DNA from: Vermamoeba vermiformis
Taxonomy: Eukaryota
DNA: 64,000 bases
NCBI GenBank assembly: GCA_045837725.1
Contig: JBEWZL010000102.1
Span: forward strand, 186,001 to 250,000
Direction of reading: 5' to 3'
Shown in pieces: positions 25,976-39,854 of this stretch. Made by a program: the position numbers and the translations under genes. The notes below the pieces were generated by a model. The model was not told the DNA's origin. It did no database searches and saw only the letters and a program-made list of their open reading frames with translations. How positions within the stretch are numbered: position 1 is the stretch's first letter; the number at the start of each line of letters is the position of its first letter.

Positions 25976-28107
25976 ATGAACGATTTCAATGGGTTCTTGG
26001 ATCACCACCCAAGTGAGTATTTTAACTGACATTAATGCGTGATATATTCCAAATAATATATAAAAAAATATATCAAGGCTCGTTTTGATATTTTACCGTT
26101 ACTTCTGCAGATCTCATATATTAACGAGAAATTTACTAATTCCTGAAATTAAATAGATAATAATGTGGATGATTTATATCCTCATGACGGGGGAATGGAG
26201 GGATATATGGACGATCAAATGATGGATGAGGAACAAGATGATAACCGCGAAGAGTGGATGGAGGAAGAGGAAGAAGACAATTACAGCGACATGAGTGCGT
26301 ACGGAGATGAACCAACCAAAAAAGGTTCAGACGTGCGCACGAGTGCTGCACCACCACTGACAGCGAGTCAGGGCGGAGAAGTGAAGTTGGTGATTAAGCC
26401 TCAAATGCAGGGCAATCCCATGGCGATCAAGTGCTACTGCTCCGACACCACACCGAGTCCCGCACTCACCTCCACAGTAGATCTCAGATGTGCTGCGTGC
26501 GGAGGATTCTTTCATCAGCGATGTCTCAAGAACCCCGCGCTGATCCGACCGCGTCCCTTGCCCGGTGACTGGGGCTACAAATTCATCTGCGCCAACTGCT
26601 CGGACAAGAAGACTGAAGAGTTCAGTCTCATTGGCAAGGGCTGGGCGGACATTGCACACGTCACACTCTACAATCTCAAACTGCACGCCATTGAACGCGG
26701 ACAACCTGACCGTGTCTTCTACCGCTTCAAAGAAGAGATTTGCAACTTTATTGATCAGAACTGGGAGTCACTCTGCTTCGAAAAGACGCGCACCATCACT
26801 TGGAACAACACTGTCGGAGGCTCACTCTCCACGCACTCGCACACTTTTCAGAACGGTGCTGACACCATGGCCTCAGCTGGCTGGTGGGGTCTGCGCTCAT
26901 ATGAGAACCCATTTTTACTCAAACTACTCGATCCGACCCTGAACAGGTATGTTTTAACAGTCTCACTGTACCACCCATTCAGATCTGACTCGCCCACAGC
27001 ACCAAGAAGAAGAAGGGCCCGGCGACCAAGAAACAGAACACACTCACACAGTCAGGCAACAAGCGCGGCAGACCAAAGCGCGAGACTGCTGTGGGAGATC
27101 GCGAATTTGTTCCTGAAGGCACTAACTTGGCTGAACGACGTCGCAAACCTCGTCAAGCCCCTGCTCAACCAGTGATGGTGTCGAAGAGCTACTACCAACC
27201 ACTCGCGACTAAATACACGCAGTTGTGTGTGGCCAAAGAGAACTCTGCGCCACAAATGATCATCTCACCGGATATGCTCACCGTGCGCAATGAGAAGGGT
27301 TACTGCATGGCACGAGCATCGTTCGGCGTCAGTTCCCCCGCTGAGCTGTACGCAGCAGGAGTGATACCCGCCCCTACAGTACCTACTGGCTGGTACTACG
27401 AGGTGCTGATCAAAGAGGGGGACCGCAGCAGCATCACCCTCATGGACAACTCCAAGCGTACTCTGCCACCACCTGCTTGGCGCTTGGGTTGGTCGAGCGA
27501 GAAGGGTGACTTGCAAGCCCCCGTAGGATATGACAAACACTCGTATTCTTATCGCAACAGCGACGGTGCGGTCATGCACAAGTCCCGATCGAGGCAGTAC
27601 GGTGAAGGATTTCAAAAGGACGATGTAATCGGCTTCTTTATTCTACTAACAGACACAAACGAGTCAATAATGGAAGAAGAAGAGGTGCCACCACCACCCA
27701 CGTCAGTGTCGGCTGTGGGCAAGAAGAAAATTGTTAGCGTCGACCTCAACACTGGAAGCCAGATACAATTTTTTAAGAATGGAGTCTCGCAAGGCATTGC
27801 TTTTGAGAGCATATACAAAGCAACTTATTATCCGGCAGTATCACTATTTTACAATGCAGCCGTTACATTCAACTTTGGTCCGGAATTTAAATACCCGCCG
27901 AAGAATTTTAATGTGCCTTACAAGCCCTGTTCAGACCTGCTCGAATTGCACGCAGCGATTGCTAAGAAAAAAGAAGAAGAAGAGGCGAAACGACGAGCTG
28001 AGATGGAGGCTAGTGCAGCAGCAGCAGATGCGGCTAACAACACAGAAGTCACGGTGACAGAAGTAACGGATACCCATATGCCATTAGAACCATTGCTGCC
28101 ACAGTAA
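25976..28107 (+). CDS. ASH2L: COMPASS subunit ASH2L/Bre2 (PHD-like finger, winged helix, SPRY)
   Basis: CYC...CAACGGFFHQRC...FICANC; FIDQNWESL...TWNNTV; SPRY motifs KGYCMARA, RLGWS..GDLQAPVGYDKHSYSYR, FFKNG.SQG.AF, YYPAVSL, NFGP.F.YPP. Confidence 0.93.
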
Positions 28108-28175
28108 ATAAATTACCGCCTTTGTAACTGCGGACTACGTCCATATCCAAACCAAAACGTTTATGAGTCCTACAA

Positions 28176-28601
28176 TCAATCGTCCTTGTATTGTTGCTCG
28201 AGTTGCCGTAGCAACTTGATACCTTCACGGTACTCGTAGAGACCCAAACCAATGGCGAGGCATACAAATGCAATGACCATTATTGATGCGCCAGCTGAGA
28301 GACTACTCATTGCTAGCCCAAGAGTGATGAAGGACGCGCCATTGGACAGCAGACTGACGTACAGAAAAACTCCCGTCCTTCTAGCCGGCAAGTAAGGTTT
28401 GCCCACCATTAACGCCAGCTCCACTTGAATGAGAACGCTTATTATGTTAGCCATCGCGGCTACGGCAGAGCCGATTGCAAAAGCCAGCACAATTGGGGCG
28501 AGCGGACTTGCCTGTAGCAGGTACGTAGCGCATACCAAGAGGATGTCGGTAATTAGCAGTGTTGCCATCACAAAAATTACAAATTTCGCTACGCTCGCCA
28601 T
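28176..28601 (-). CDS. Hypothetical 141-aa intronless membrane protein (about 4 TM)
   Basis: Intact ATG-to-stop ORF with four hydrophobic segments; no family recognised. Confidence 0.6.
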   Translation of the reverse strand: MASVAKFVIFVMATLLITDILLVCATYLLQASPLAPIVLAFAIGSAVAAMANIISVLIQVELALMVGKPYLPARRTGVFLYVSLLSNGASFITLGLAMSSLSAGASIMVIAFVCLAIGLGLYEYREGIKLLRQLEQQYKDD

Positions 28602-29152
28602 TGCGCCTGTTCAGCCGTAGAGATAAGTAAACTACAACGCAAATCCAGTCGGTCCTTTAAATAATTTCGACAGTCAATTCCACCTAATATTTGTTATTGC
28701 TGGAATAATAGTGATTATGCTTTATGAAATTGCACAAATAACATGAAGCATGACTTATTATTTCAATTGCAAAATGAAAAATGAAGTTTTTATGTACAAA
28801 AAGTCACGTGTTCTGTTCTTCAGGAGAACATATCGCGAGCAATATTTTATTTTCGCCAGCCCGTAGAAAGTGAAACAGAGGAAAGATACACCAAGAATTA
28901 TTGCACTAATTGGTGGTCTGATTATAGATCTGTTCTCGTCCCTTTGTAGCCTATTCAAGCTTTAAATTTATTCAAACCACGTCAAAGGTTTATTTCAAGC
29001 AGGAGTTAATTTGACCATTTTATGAGTACGTATAATTAATGCTAATTTTTTTACTACGATTTTTTAATATTTTTTCGAGTTGATCGACGTTTTTTCTTCG
29101 GTAATGTAAAAATTGGTACTAACGGCAATTATTTACTAAAAACTATAGAAAG

Positions 29153-32015
29153 ATGAATATGGAAGCTGGATTAGATGCCTATCAGGATTCCGCGCATTCG
29201 TAAGTTTAACCTCTCCAGATGGGATCGAATCTTCGCAATATTTTTTTTGCAATTTTAAGAACCTCGCTGACTTGATTTAACTATGTAGCGAGTTCTTAGC
29301 GCGCATGTTAGAGCTCAAGCAAAAGTTCATGGAGGCGAAGAAACAAACCGAAGCTAAACCTACAAGCCCGCCAACTATGAATGTTCCAGTAAGTAAATCT
29401 GATGTTCGGTAGCCCTTTTTCTAATGGCTTCTATATGACCATTATACATCGGTTGTATTTTTAATGAACATTAATTAATTGACTTTTTGGATCAAGTCCC
29501 CGCAGACAAGCCAAAATAGTCCGCCGCTTCCGATCCAGAACCAATTTCAAAATAAGAAGAGACCTGCTTCTAATGATAGTTTCGATCAACGAAGACGAAA
29601 GAAGCGAAAAGTAGTTGAATCCGACAAAGTTCAAGGTACGTCATCGAACCGAAATCCGACGCGCGAAAACTAAATTTGTTATCTTACGTAGAACTATTGA
29701 AGCAAATTATAGAAGAGCATGGTGGTTCTTGCCATTTGGAAACAATCGTCGAATATGTCCGTCGGGTACGTCGATAAATCCGAAATCTGGAATTAAATCT
29801 TTTTGACCGCCGAACAATCATTCTCATGTCGGAGAAATTATAATAAGACAATTTTTGTCATTTTTTGCTTCTTTAATCACTAAATCCGATTTAATTCCAG
29901 CAAGCTCAAGTGACCGATCTATTTCCGCCTGAAGACCGTAAGTGTTGTTAATATTACACTGATATTAGTGACCATATGTAGCGTAACGTGCTACTAATGT
30001 GGTGTTCAGGTGCGGATGTGAAAGAGATCAAGAAACAAGTCAAATATCTGCTGCAGAACTTGCAGGACTCGATGAACACACTCATCTTCACGCAAGACTC
30101 GTACAAGGACGGCTGTTGGCTCCTCAATCCTGATCTCAAGAAGCCGAGCGAGGTACGTGCTGCGGGGAATGATCATCCGAGCTTCGAACTGACACGTGTC
30201 AACAGAGTGACAGCAGCAATCCGCTGATGACTACAGAGACGTTGACGGGCCCCCTCAGCGACGGAGACTACAGCATTCGTAAGTACACTGCACCCTCCTC
30301 TCGTGTAGCTCACACCTGCGCCAGGCTCGATTGACGATGTGATCACCAACGCACTCGAGAAGAATGACGGCACAGCGCACATTGACGTCATCAACGACTA
30401 CGTGTTCAAGAACTGGGACCGCAAGATGTCGAGTGGCAAGTTCATGACTGACGAGCAACTCAAAGAGCGGATCCGCACCACCCTCGATACACACCCGAAA
30501 TTCATGCGCGATCCTATCAGCGACAACAAATACATTCTCACCAATCGAAAGAAGCGACGCGTAAGTCGTGCTGGTGGTCCTGAGGATCACATGCTGACAG
30601 TCTACCAGGGCTCATACAACACTAACAACGGCAACAACAACCTCAATAACAGCAGCAATGGCAACAAGCGCGGTGCACCAGGCCGCAAGAAGAAGTACGA
30701 CTCAGACAACGAGGACAGTGTGCGTTCTAAGCGCACGAGCACGAACAGTTTAAGCTCGCTGTCGAATTACAATCCACACATCAAGAAAGATCCGCCTGCA
30801 CCGTCAGAGGGTTATCAGTGCAGCTGTGGCCGCGCATACAACAGTCAAGAAGTGCTCAAGACTGGTGCTATTTGGTACTACGGCCCACACCCCAGCACGT
30901 GGATGTGTGCACCGTGCGGCAGTCGCTGGTCCAAAGAACACGCTTGTCCCGTGTGTGGTCGCGTGTATGACTCGCACCACTTGGACCTCGACAAAGACGA
31001 GGACGAAGAAGACGAGGAGGACGATGATGACGAGGACGAGGATGAGGACGAAGACGAAGAGGGCGAGTGGATTCAATGCGATCAGTGCAGTCGGTGGGTG
31101 ATGTGCAAGTGCGACGGCATCAACGACCTCTCCATCTACGACGACTCCAATCCCAATCACTTGCCCTACTTGTGTCCCATGTGTCGCAATGAACAGGCCG
31201 AGAAACCACTCGTATTCCACACGCGTCAACAGTTCCAAGTGTGGGTCAAGACCAACACGCGCAATCGTCGCATGCTGCGTCACAGCAGCGGCGCTACGAC
31301 GACACAGACCACGAACACAACTGTCACCACCACGACACGTGCCAAGCCCGAAGATGAGAACGAGTTGAAGCGAAGGAGGAAGACAGGTGCAGGCACAGTG
31401 ACGCAGAGCACAGCTACGGTGACGACACAGACCAATGTGACCGTCACACCACAACCCACCAGTCACGCGCACACCATGGGCGTCACTTCTCGCGTGCAGA
31501 CTGTTGTACACCAACAGCTGAACGATGTGAATATGGGTAAGTACTGCACAGCGCAGTGCACGTGCGAGAGTGCTAATGTCTTGCTAGAAACAGAGATGAG
31601 TCGTCCATTGTTGCACACACGATTGCTGGACAAATTGCCGCACACAGATTGTAAAATAACATTGATCGAGCGAGAACTGTTGCGCGGTGTGGATCAGCAG
31701 CGTGAAGAGAGCGATGAGCGGTGGACAAAAGCCAAGTTTGAGAAGACATCGGTCGTCGAGCGCAAATTCGTGGAAGAAATCAGCAGAATACGCGAGTACT
31801 TGGTGCAGACTCGCAATTCACTGTGGGACCGCAGCCAAAAAGATCTAGAGCGGCAGATTGACAAGCTGAAAAAAGAGAAGAAGGTGCTCGACGAGAAGAT
31901 TGAAGCGCAGCTCATAGATCAGTTCCGCGTCTATTTTCAGAAGAAGTTAGATAATTTCAATGCGCAGATGGATAGTATATTAAACAACTCCGATGATGTG
32001 GATACGAGTGCGTAA
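29153..32015 (+). CDS. Nuclear protein with winged-helix-like regions, zinc finger/PHD finger and C-terminal coiled coil
   Basis: CSC...CAPC, then CPVC...WIQCDQCSRWVMCKC...YLCPMC (PHD-like, with an acidic insert); basic NLS-like tracts; multiple 5' introns. Confidence 0.75.
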
Positions 32016-32103
32016 TGGTACCTCGTGTCGTATTGTCACATAATTGTAATTAATAAACAAAGTGTATACAATAGTTTTTATAAATCACACACGCCTGCCG
32101 TGC

Positions 32104-33863
32104 TCACTTCTTCTTGCTGTGCAGGATCTGGTAGCGATTGATCGCTCCTTGCGCCGCTTTGTTGCCGTACTTTTGTTTGAGTTCCGCTGAAGTCACCCAC
32201 GTCTTTGTGCCTCCCGCGCTGCTCACTCGCCACTCAGTGCTGCCTGCAATATCGCGCACACCGACAATAGACACTTCTGTAGTCTTGTCTGCACCACTCT
32301 TTCTGCGCGAGCTCTTCGTCTCGGCACTCTTCTTGTTCTTGCCGCGCTGTTCGACTTGCGCGCTATCAGAACTCGAAGACTCATCTTCACTGCTCTCTGA
32401 GGACTCTGTGCGTGTCTCGTGCTGCTGTTGCTTGCCAGTGCTCTTCTTGCCCGAGCGAGGTTGCGTGGGACTCTTGCTCTGACGCGGCGTCTTTTGTGCG
32501 CTGCTCTGTTGTTTGCTCGCTGATCGTGTGCGCACACGTGGTGTGGGCTGTTCATCGCTGTCATCTTCGTCCTCGCCCTGCTCTTCGTCCTCATCGTCCT
32601 CGTGCTCCTCGACTTGTTCTTCAACTTCTTCCTCATCATCTTCTTCCTCTTCTTCTTCAGTGCGTGCTGCTCTTCCTCCCGACACGCGACGTCGTTTGTT
32701 CGGACGAGGACTCGCTGAGGTAGATCTTCTGCGCTTGTTCGTGCTGGGTGTGTTGCCGCGTGATTGACGCTGATTGGCGCGCATGTCTTCAATTCTGCGC
32801 TTCAGTTCGCGGATCTCCACATCGCGCGCGTGCAGTTCAGCTTCGAGTTCACGCATGCGCACAGCCATCGAATCTACTTCAGCCTTGCGCGTGAGAGCAG
32901 CTTGTTTGTACAGCGTGATGGCTTGCTGCACCTTCTTGCTGTCACTCTGCTCCAGGGCGCGTTGTGCCTCACGCAATGCACCGCGCAGCAGTTCAATCTC
33001 CTCTTGCGCACTCACTGCACTCTCCTCGTCACTCGCGTAGTGTTTGCGCGGTGAGGCACGAGGTTTGACACGTGTCACCTCTGGCTCTTCAATCTCCTCA
33101 ATCACGTGGTCCTGTTCGTGAACCTCTTCTTCACTGACCTGCGCGGACAATTCGTCAGCGGTCATGAAGCGACGACGAGTGCGGCGGTGCACTTCATTCA
33201 CGAACAGTTCGCCTGCCAGATCTGTCGCCAATCGCCTTTCATTGTCGCGCACAGTGATGTCCGCGCCGTTGTTGAGCAGCAGCACCGCAATGTCGAGCTG
33301 TTGTGCTTGAAAGGCGCAGTGCAGTGGTGTCGTGCCGTTGCGTGCGCGCGCATTCACATTGGCTTTGTGTTGGATCAGCTTGAAGGCGAGGGGCTTGGAG
33401 ACCTTAGCTGCATAGTGCAGTGGAGAGCGACCTTCTTTGTCCCTGGCAGTGGATAAATAACGACTCTCATATGCAAAGCCTTGCGCACGTACCCGAGATT
33501 GACATTCGCGCCGTTGTTGATTAGCCACTCGACGCAGTTCACTTGATTAAAACTGATGGCAGCTAATAGGGCAGTGGTGCCCGATACATCTGTACAGTAA
33601 ATTATCAGTACTTAGTCTCTTCGATAGTAGTTGTACAAATTAGCAGAATTTACTCGGCGCTAGGGTTAGGGTTTGAAGAAAATTAATTACCCAAAATTGC
33701 AAATGCGATCAAATTAAATACCAATATACAAATACGAGCGATGCTTACCATATGACACATTTACATCAAGGTTGTATCGGCGCATTAATGCTTGCATCTT
33801 GCTCAGTTCGCCCAATTGCGCGAAACCGATGAACTTAATAATCTGGTCATCTTGGTCAGCCAT
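32104..33863 (-). CDS. Ankyrin-repeat protein with coiled coil, acidic region and possible C-terminal chromoshadow-like domain
   Basis: GTTALLAA, GRSPLHYAA and GTTPLHCA ankyrin repeats; C-terminal SIVGVRDIAGSTEWRV...TWVTSAELKQKY...AINRY. Confidence 0.8.
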
Positions 33864-34046
33864 TTTGTGCTAGGATGTAATATCAGCTTGATAGATGCTT
33901 TGTGGTGCAGCGAGTGATTGAGAATCAAATCTTCTTTCGATTCAATTTTGGCGCCGAATCGAAATCATTCGAACACGGATCGAACACCACCGCTCGGACT
34001 CAGTCCGTACCTTAATTGTATCCTCCGAAGAAGCACTGCTCGTGGA

Positions 34047-35866
34047 ATGCAGCTCAATCACGTCACGAAGCTCAGCCAAGTGCCGCGATCAGGTCTCAAC
34101 AACTCACTGGTGCACATTAAGGGCTGTATTGTTGCATTAATTACCGACAACAATGCGATTTATTTCTACGAATATAGACACCATGGTAGAGAGCTGCACT
34201 TGCGCGATCAGATCCTCTTCTCGTCCCCGTTGATTGAGATCGAGTCTGTCGCGCTGTCCACGGACGAACAGTGGCTCATCATTGCGACTAGCAGCGCACT
34301 GACCACACTCACTGACTCTGCGCGACCAGCGGTGCATTTGTACAAGGTACCAATTACCTCTTGGTAGTGACAGTTCTGACCGCTGCGCAGGTGTTGGATC
34401 TGACGCGTTCACTGAACGACACCGAGTCACGTGCCATGTTCAGTGCAGTCACGTGTTTTTCAGTGTATTTTCAGCCCAAGACTGTTGCAGCCACACCGAT
34501 CGATCAACAAGAACTCTTGCTGGCAGTGGGTGGTGGCAATGGTGTCGAGTTATTCCGCTGTTCACTGACCGACAAGCACGTGACACCAATGAGATTGCTG
34601 CACGACGCCACGAGCATCAATCACGTGACTTTTGACACTAGCGGTCACTACCTGGCCATTGTACGTGTCACTGATTGACAGCTGGTATTGACACTTGCCT
34701 TTTTAGGTAGCAGCAGATGGCCACGTGGGAGTGTGGTCACGTGACAAGTTACTGACGAGTGCGGGACACATTGATTGGTTCGATCACGTGACCTCGGAGC
34801 GCATCACTGATTTGCAGTTCGGGGGTGACCTGCAACGACCTCTGCTGGCACTCAGCACGTGGGACGGACAACTCTTTGTGTACGCCCGTGACACGCAAGG
34901 TGGCACCTGGCAACACGTGGCAATGAATTTGCTGCTGACACGCCAAGAGAAGAACACGAACAACCCTGGTGGATTTATTCAGTTCAGCGGGCGCTATCTC
35001 GTCACGTGCTTGCAAGATCAGATCGTCTTGTCTGACACGTGTCAAAATGCGATCCACAAGGTGACGCGAGTGCCACTTAAGGACAGCACAGACTGCGTTA
35101 AAGGTGTGACCCTGGTAGATGTCAATGAGGTGACACGTGCTGTATTGGTGCTCACTCGATCACGTGACTTGCACTGCATGACACTGCCACTGCCACTTTC
35201 CATATCTGGCAATGAGTGTTGCATCGCCCAGCACGCAGACGTGGAGTTGTATTTGCAGCACGCAGCAGACTGGCGCCATTCACCTTTGCAGCTGTCACTG
35301 CACTCTGCCACTAGATACGTGTCATTCGCATGTCCGCACGTCAGTTACGAGATGTTGGGCACCTCTGTCACGTGTGCTGTCACGCTGTCACACGTGTGTC
35401 TCGCTGTCGGGTCACAACTGCTGCTGTACGAGACTGCAAATGACACGTGGCGAGATATTTTCACTGAACAGCCTGTAGTTGCCGTCTGTTTCATGAACGG
35501 TGAGTGATAGCTGTGTGTGGTCAGTACTTAATTCTTTGCTGCGCAGATCACGTGGTGGCACTGCTCGAGAGTCACGCGCTAGTCACGTGGCAGCTATCGA
35601 CATTGAAACAGAAGAGCTGTGTGAACCTAAAAATAGACTCTCAGTCACGTGGTACTTTTTTGCTTTCACAGGGAGACTTCTGCTGCGTTGTGCGATGGCA
35701 GAATGACACGTGTCATTTGGAATTCATGACGGTGTCTGACATCGGTCTCAAATTACATTCGACTGCCCGATACGAGCACGTGACTGAGGTGCGGTACACT
35801 ACCTGTCGGAACCTGCAAATGACATGTGCCAGCGGAGAAACTCTCTCGATCGAATGGCCAAATTAA
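34047..35866 (+). CDS. Divergent WD40/beta-propeller protein
   Basis: SINHVTFDTSGHYLA, DGHVGVW and ITDLQF..LALSTWDGQLFVY WD-like blades; introns at about 34348, 34661 and 35499. Confidence 0.65.
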
Positions 35867-35981
35867 AAATAGATTGTAAATAACCTCATTTGTACAAAAA
35901 ACAAAGCGCTTTTCTCTATTGAACAATTAATACAAGCGAGCACTCCTCGGTGCCCAAATATAGTCAAACAATCACGTGACT

Positions 35982-38373
35982 CTATTTCTTGCCACTCTTC
36001 TTGCCGCTCTCACTCGACAGCTCAGAGTTGCTGTCGTCGCGACTCTTCGACTTGACCTCTCGGCGCCGCCTCTTCGCGCGCTCAGTGTCCTGCTCGTCAA
36101 TCTCCATGCCCTCTTCGTCGTCCTCCTCTTTCGGACTGCCGCGTTGACGACGACTGCGACGCTTCTTGTGCTGCGCCTCGTCCTCAGGCTCAATCTGCCA
36201 GTCATCGTCGTCCTCATCGTCCTCGTCCTCGCGCTCTTCTTCCTCCTCGCGCTGCACGGGCACGGCACTCTTGTCGCTCATGGTCACATCGACGGCGGGG
36301 GGCTCTGCCGGGTGCACTCTCCGTCACGTGCTCGCTGTCACTCATCACCACGTCACTCTTCGCGCCCTCACTCGGCACTGGCACTGCGGCACTCTCGGCC
36401 ACGTCACTCTTCGCTGGCACACTGTCACTCGCTGCTGGTGTGCTGGCGACATTAGTGTTCGGTGATGGCACGTTGCCAGGTGTCACCGTCGCACTCGGTT
36501 CGCTCGGTTTGACCTCGCTCTTCTTCTCCTCACTCGCGCTGTGTTCGCTGTGACGTTTCTTCTCCTCGTCGTCGTGCGGCAGATTCAGCGGCGCCAGTCT
36601 GTTCGTCTCGTTCTCGCCCTCTTTGCGCTCGTTGTTCGCGCCATTGGCTGCGCTGCTCAGACTCAGTTCGTTGCTGGTCAGCGCGGGGCCTGCAGGGGCC
36701 AATGAGCCACTGCCACCGAGCTTGAGCTGTGCGGGACCAGGGCCTTGCAGCGGTCCTGGATGCACTGCTGCGCTCTTGCTGGCCTCGCTGAGTGGCACGT
36801 TGTTGTAGAGTGCTGCGCGCAATATTTGCAGTCGTTGCTGAATGTGCTTGTTGTTCGGATCCAGCTCCGAGGCCCGCGAATAGGCATCGAGCGAGTCATT
36901 GAGCTGATTGCAGGACTCGTAGAGGGTGCCGAGATCGTACCAGACCTCAGAGAGATAGGGATTGAGGCGTATGGCGCGCATGTAGGCGTCGAGTGCATCG
37001 CGGTACTGATTGATCTGATAGTACAGCACGCCAATGCTGCACCAGAAGGTCGGATTGCGACTGTCGCGATACACTGCTTGTTGATAGGCGTCGTAGGCCT
37101 TCTTGTAGCGGTGCTGACTCATGTAGCAGCGGCCCAACAAGTACCAGGTCTGACCGTCTGTGGCATCGGCATCGATCGAGCGCATCAAGTACGAGATGGC
37201 AATCTCTTGCTGCTGCTGTGCTGTCATCACCGTGCCGTCCTCGTTGCGCAGTGTGCTGCCCTCTTTGAGCTCGCTGCTGTCACGTGATTCGTGGCCATTG
37301 CTGTCGCTGCCCTGGTGCGTGGTCAGCAGCGAGTGCGGGGCATTGGCACCTGGCACCAGCGCACTGACATCGCTGCCGAGGTGGTGGTACAGCCAGCCGA
37401 GCTGTTGCAACACCTTGCCGTGATTGGGATTGTCTTTGAGCACGCGTTCATAGGCCTCTTTGGCGTGCGCAAAGTCCTTTTTGAGCTCGTGCACGTGTCC
37501 GATCTGAAACCAGATGTCACCCTGCACGAGCGGTCTGGGCGGCTGTTGAATGATCATTCGGAAGCACTCCAAGCTCTTGTCGTACTTGAGCTGTTGCTTG
37601 TAGATGATGCCCAAGCGGAAGTAGATCTCGTTCTTCTTCTCGAACTGCGGATCCATCTTCAGCACCGCATTGAACGCCTCTTCCGCGTGTTCGAAGGAGC
37701 CATAGCGGTCGTACAATATGCCAATGCCGTACCAGAGATTGGGGTCCTGCTTGGGATTGGAGAGGTGATAGAGGGCCTGTTGATAGGAGGTGTACGCCTT
37801 CTGCAGATCTTCCATCATCAAGTAGCAGTGGCCGAGTGCCCCCCATATCTCACCATTATTGGACTCGATGTTCAGTGAGCGCTGAAAGTACTCCACTGCC
37901 TAATTAGGACAACTGGTCAGCACCCACCCCGCGCGAAGAATTGTCTTAATCGTGAAGTGCGCGGTATTGTGGTCATAGTGCACCAGTCATTGCAGTAATT
38001 ATGATTGCGCGCGAATAATCGGCGAGCATATTTAATTTAATTTTTTTTATCGTGCTGCACGTACCTTGGGATACATCTCCTTCATTCGACAGATCGAAGC
38101 TACTTGAGTGAGTGCTTTAATATTATACGGATTATGGCGCAACGCGTTCTCGAAACAAAACATCGCCTTGTCCAAATCTTGAAGGGATTCCCACAGAGCC
38201 CCTAGAAAAATTACTATAAATTAACTGCCCCACGCAATTGCACGGCCCAATCACGCGCGTGCACCGAGACTAGGCGCGCTAAATATACAACACATGTGAC
38301 ACGTACCGAGCTGCAGCCACGAGCTCTCGTTGGCATTGTTCAACTTTTGCACTATCGACACTTGCGTCGTCAT
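35982..38373 (-). CDS. CYC8: TPR corepressor Cyc8/Ssn6 (TrfA-like); apparent 1-nt frameshift near 36311
   Basis: WGALGHCYLMM..LQKAY.SYQQALYHL, LWYGIGILYDRYG, EIYFRLGIIYK, AYDAYQQAVYRD.RNPTFWCSIGVLYYQINQYRDALDAY, EVWYDLGTLYESCNQ. Confidence 0.92.
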
Positions 38374-38548
38374 GAGCTGGAGGTGTGGTGTGTGCTAGAC
38401 AGTGTCGGTGCTGTTGGATCGGTCGCGAATGCAATAACTGAATGAAATCAAATTTAACTCGCGCATGAAAACAAATTATTTTTTTGGTTGTGATCTGCTG
38501 CGTGTCAAATCAATCGACAACGATGCACGCAGCAACAGAGTGCACAAT

Positions 38549-39793
38549 ATGAGCGACTATGAAGAGAGTGACTACGAGCAGTTGATACACTCCGCATTGC
38601 TCCACAAGCGCACGACACGCGAGGTACATCCACGCTCCACCGCGGCACCGCGCTTCGTACTGCGCGACATAGGTGCCCCAGTGACAGCAGTGCACCTCAC
38701 TGCCAGCACTGCCAGCACTGACGCGCTATTTGTGGGCACGCAGCACGGACTGGTGGCACAGTATTCGCTGCAGAGTTATCGACGCGTGAGTGCAGCACAT
38801 CTGCCGCAACACCGCGCGAGTGTGATGAGCTTGGAAGAGGACAATAGGACGTGGTTGTATAGGTAGGGCATTGCATTGATGCGCGAGCTGGAATGGAAAT
38901 TATTATATTATTATAATTATTTTATTATTTCCAACTAAATTAGCGAATTCTTCTCGCCGTTCAGTGAATTGCAAATCACGTGACTCACGCATTGACACGT
39001 TTGACAGTCAAGCACGTGACGGTGCAGTGCATGTCTACGATCTCGCCGTACAGAGCGCCGTTCGTTCACTGAACACGCAGTGTGAAACTTTCTGCAAAGG
39101 TTGCGTAGGTGAGTCACGTGCTGCCACTTGCCTAATTTGGTAACACTCCTTTCAGGGACGCAGGAAGGTGTGGCACGCTATTGGGTCACTTCGTCCTCTG
39201 CAGAGTCATCGCGCGTCGTACTTTGGTCTATAAATAGCGACGAATCGTTGCAATGCTTGCCTGACCACACTGCCAAATATGGCATGTGCATGGCCACACG
39301 CATGCACGACACGGCCTCATACAGCATCATTGCAGGCACGTACGAGAGCGGTCACGTGCTATTTTGGGATGCGCGTCAGACACACGTGCCACTGACCAGG
39401 GCCCTCGTTCATGAACCAAGCAGTGATGGCACTGCTGTCTCGGGACTCAGCTTTGACTGGCAGAGTGACACGTGTCAAGGAGTGGCAGGTGGCACTGATG
39501 CGCAGCTCGTGTCATTCACTCTCGATGTGTCACGTGCTGAGTGTCACGTGACTGATCGCAGAGTGACAGGTGTCAAAGGCGGTACTGCAGTCGTGCGCTT
39601 CGATGCCAGTTTGACACGTGTCATCACGGGAGGTTGGGATCACGTGACACGTGTGTGGAACTGGCCGTTGACACCCAATGTGACACCTGTCACACTGAAG
39701 CACGCAGCAAGTGTCACTGACCTGTCACTGTCACGTGACTCGACACTCGCCGTCGGCACCAATGACGGGCATGTGACGCTGTGGTCGCTGTAA
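38549..39793 (+). CDS. GNB1L: WD40 protein GNB1L/Asa1-like
   Basis: APRFVLR...VTAVH, YGMCMA, YESGHVLFWD, TGGWDHVTRVW, LAVGTNDGHVTLWSL. Confidence 0.75.
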
Positions 39794-39854
39794 TAGCCTT
39801 ATTTGTACAATTGAAGATTTATAAATAGCTACACCTCTATAATTACAATGGGCC

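Noticed and set aside
33660-33675. Telomere-like TAGGGTTAGGGTTT in an intron
   Set aside because: Only about two units; not evidence of a telomere or telomerase RNA.
36295-36315. Frameshift in the CYC8 C-terminal tail (programmed frameshift or pseudogene?)
   Set aside because: It lies in short G/C runs and one deleted base restores a continuous tail; most likely a sequencing indel.
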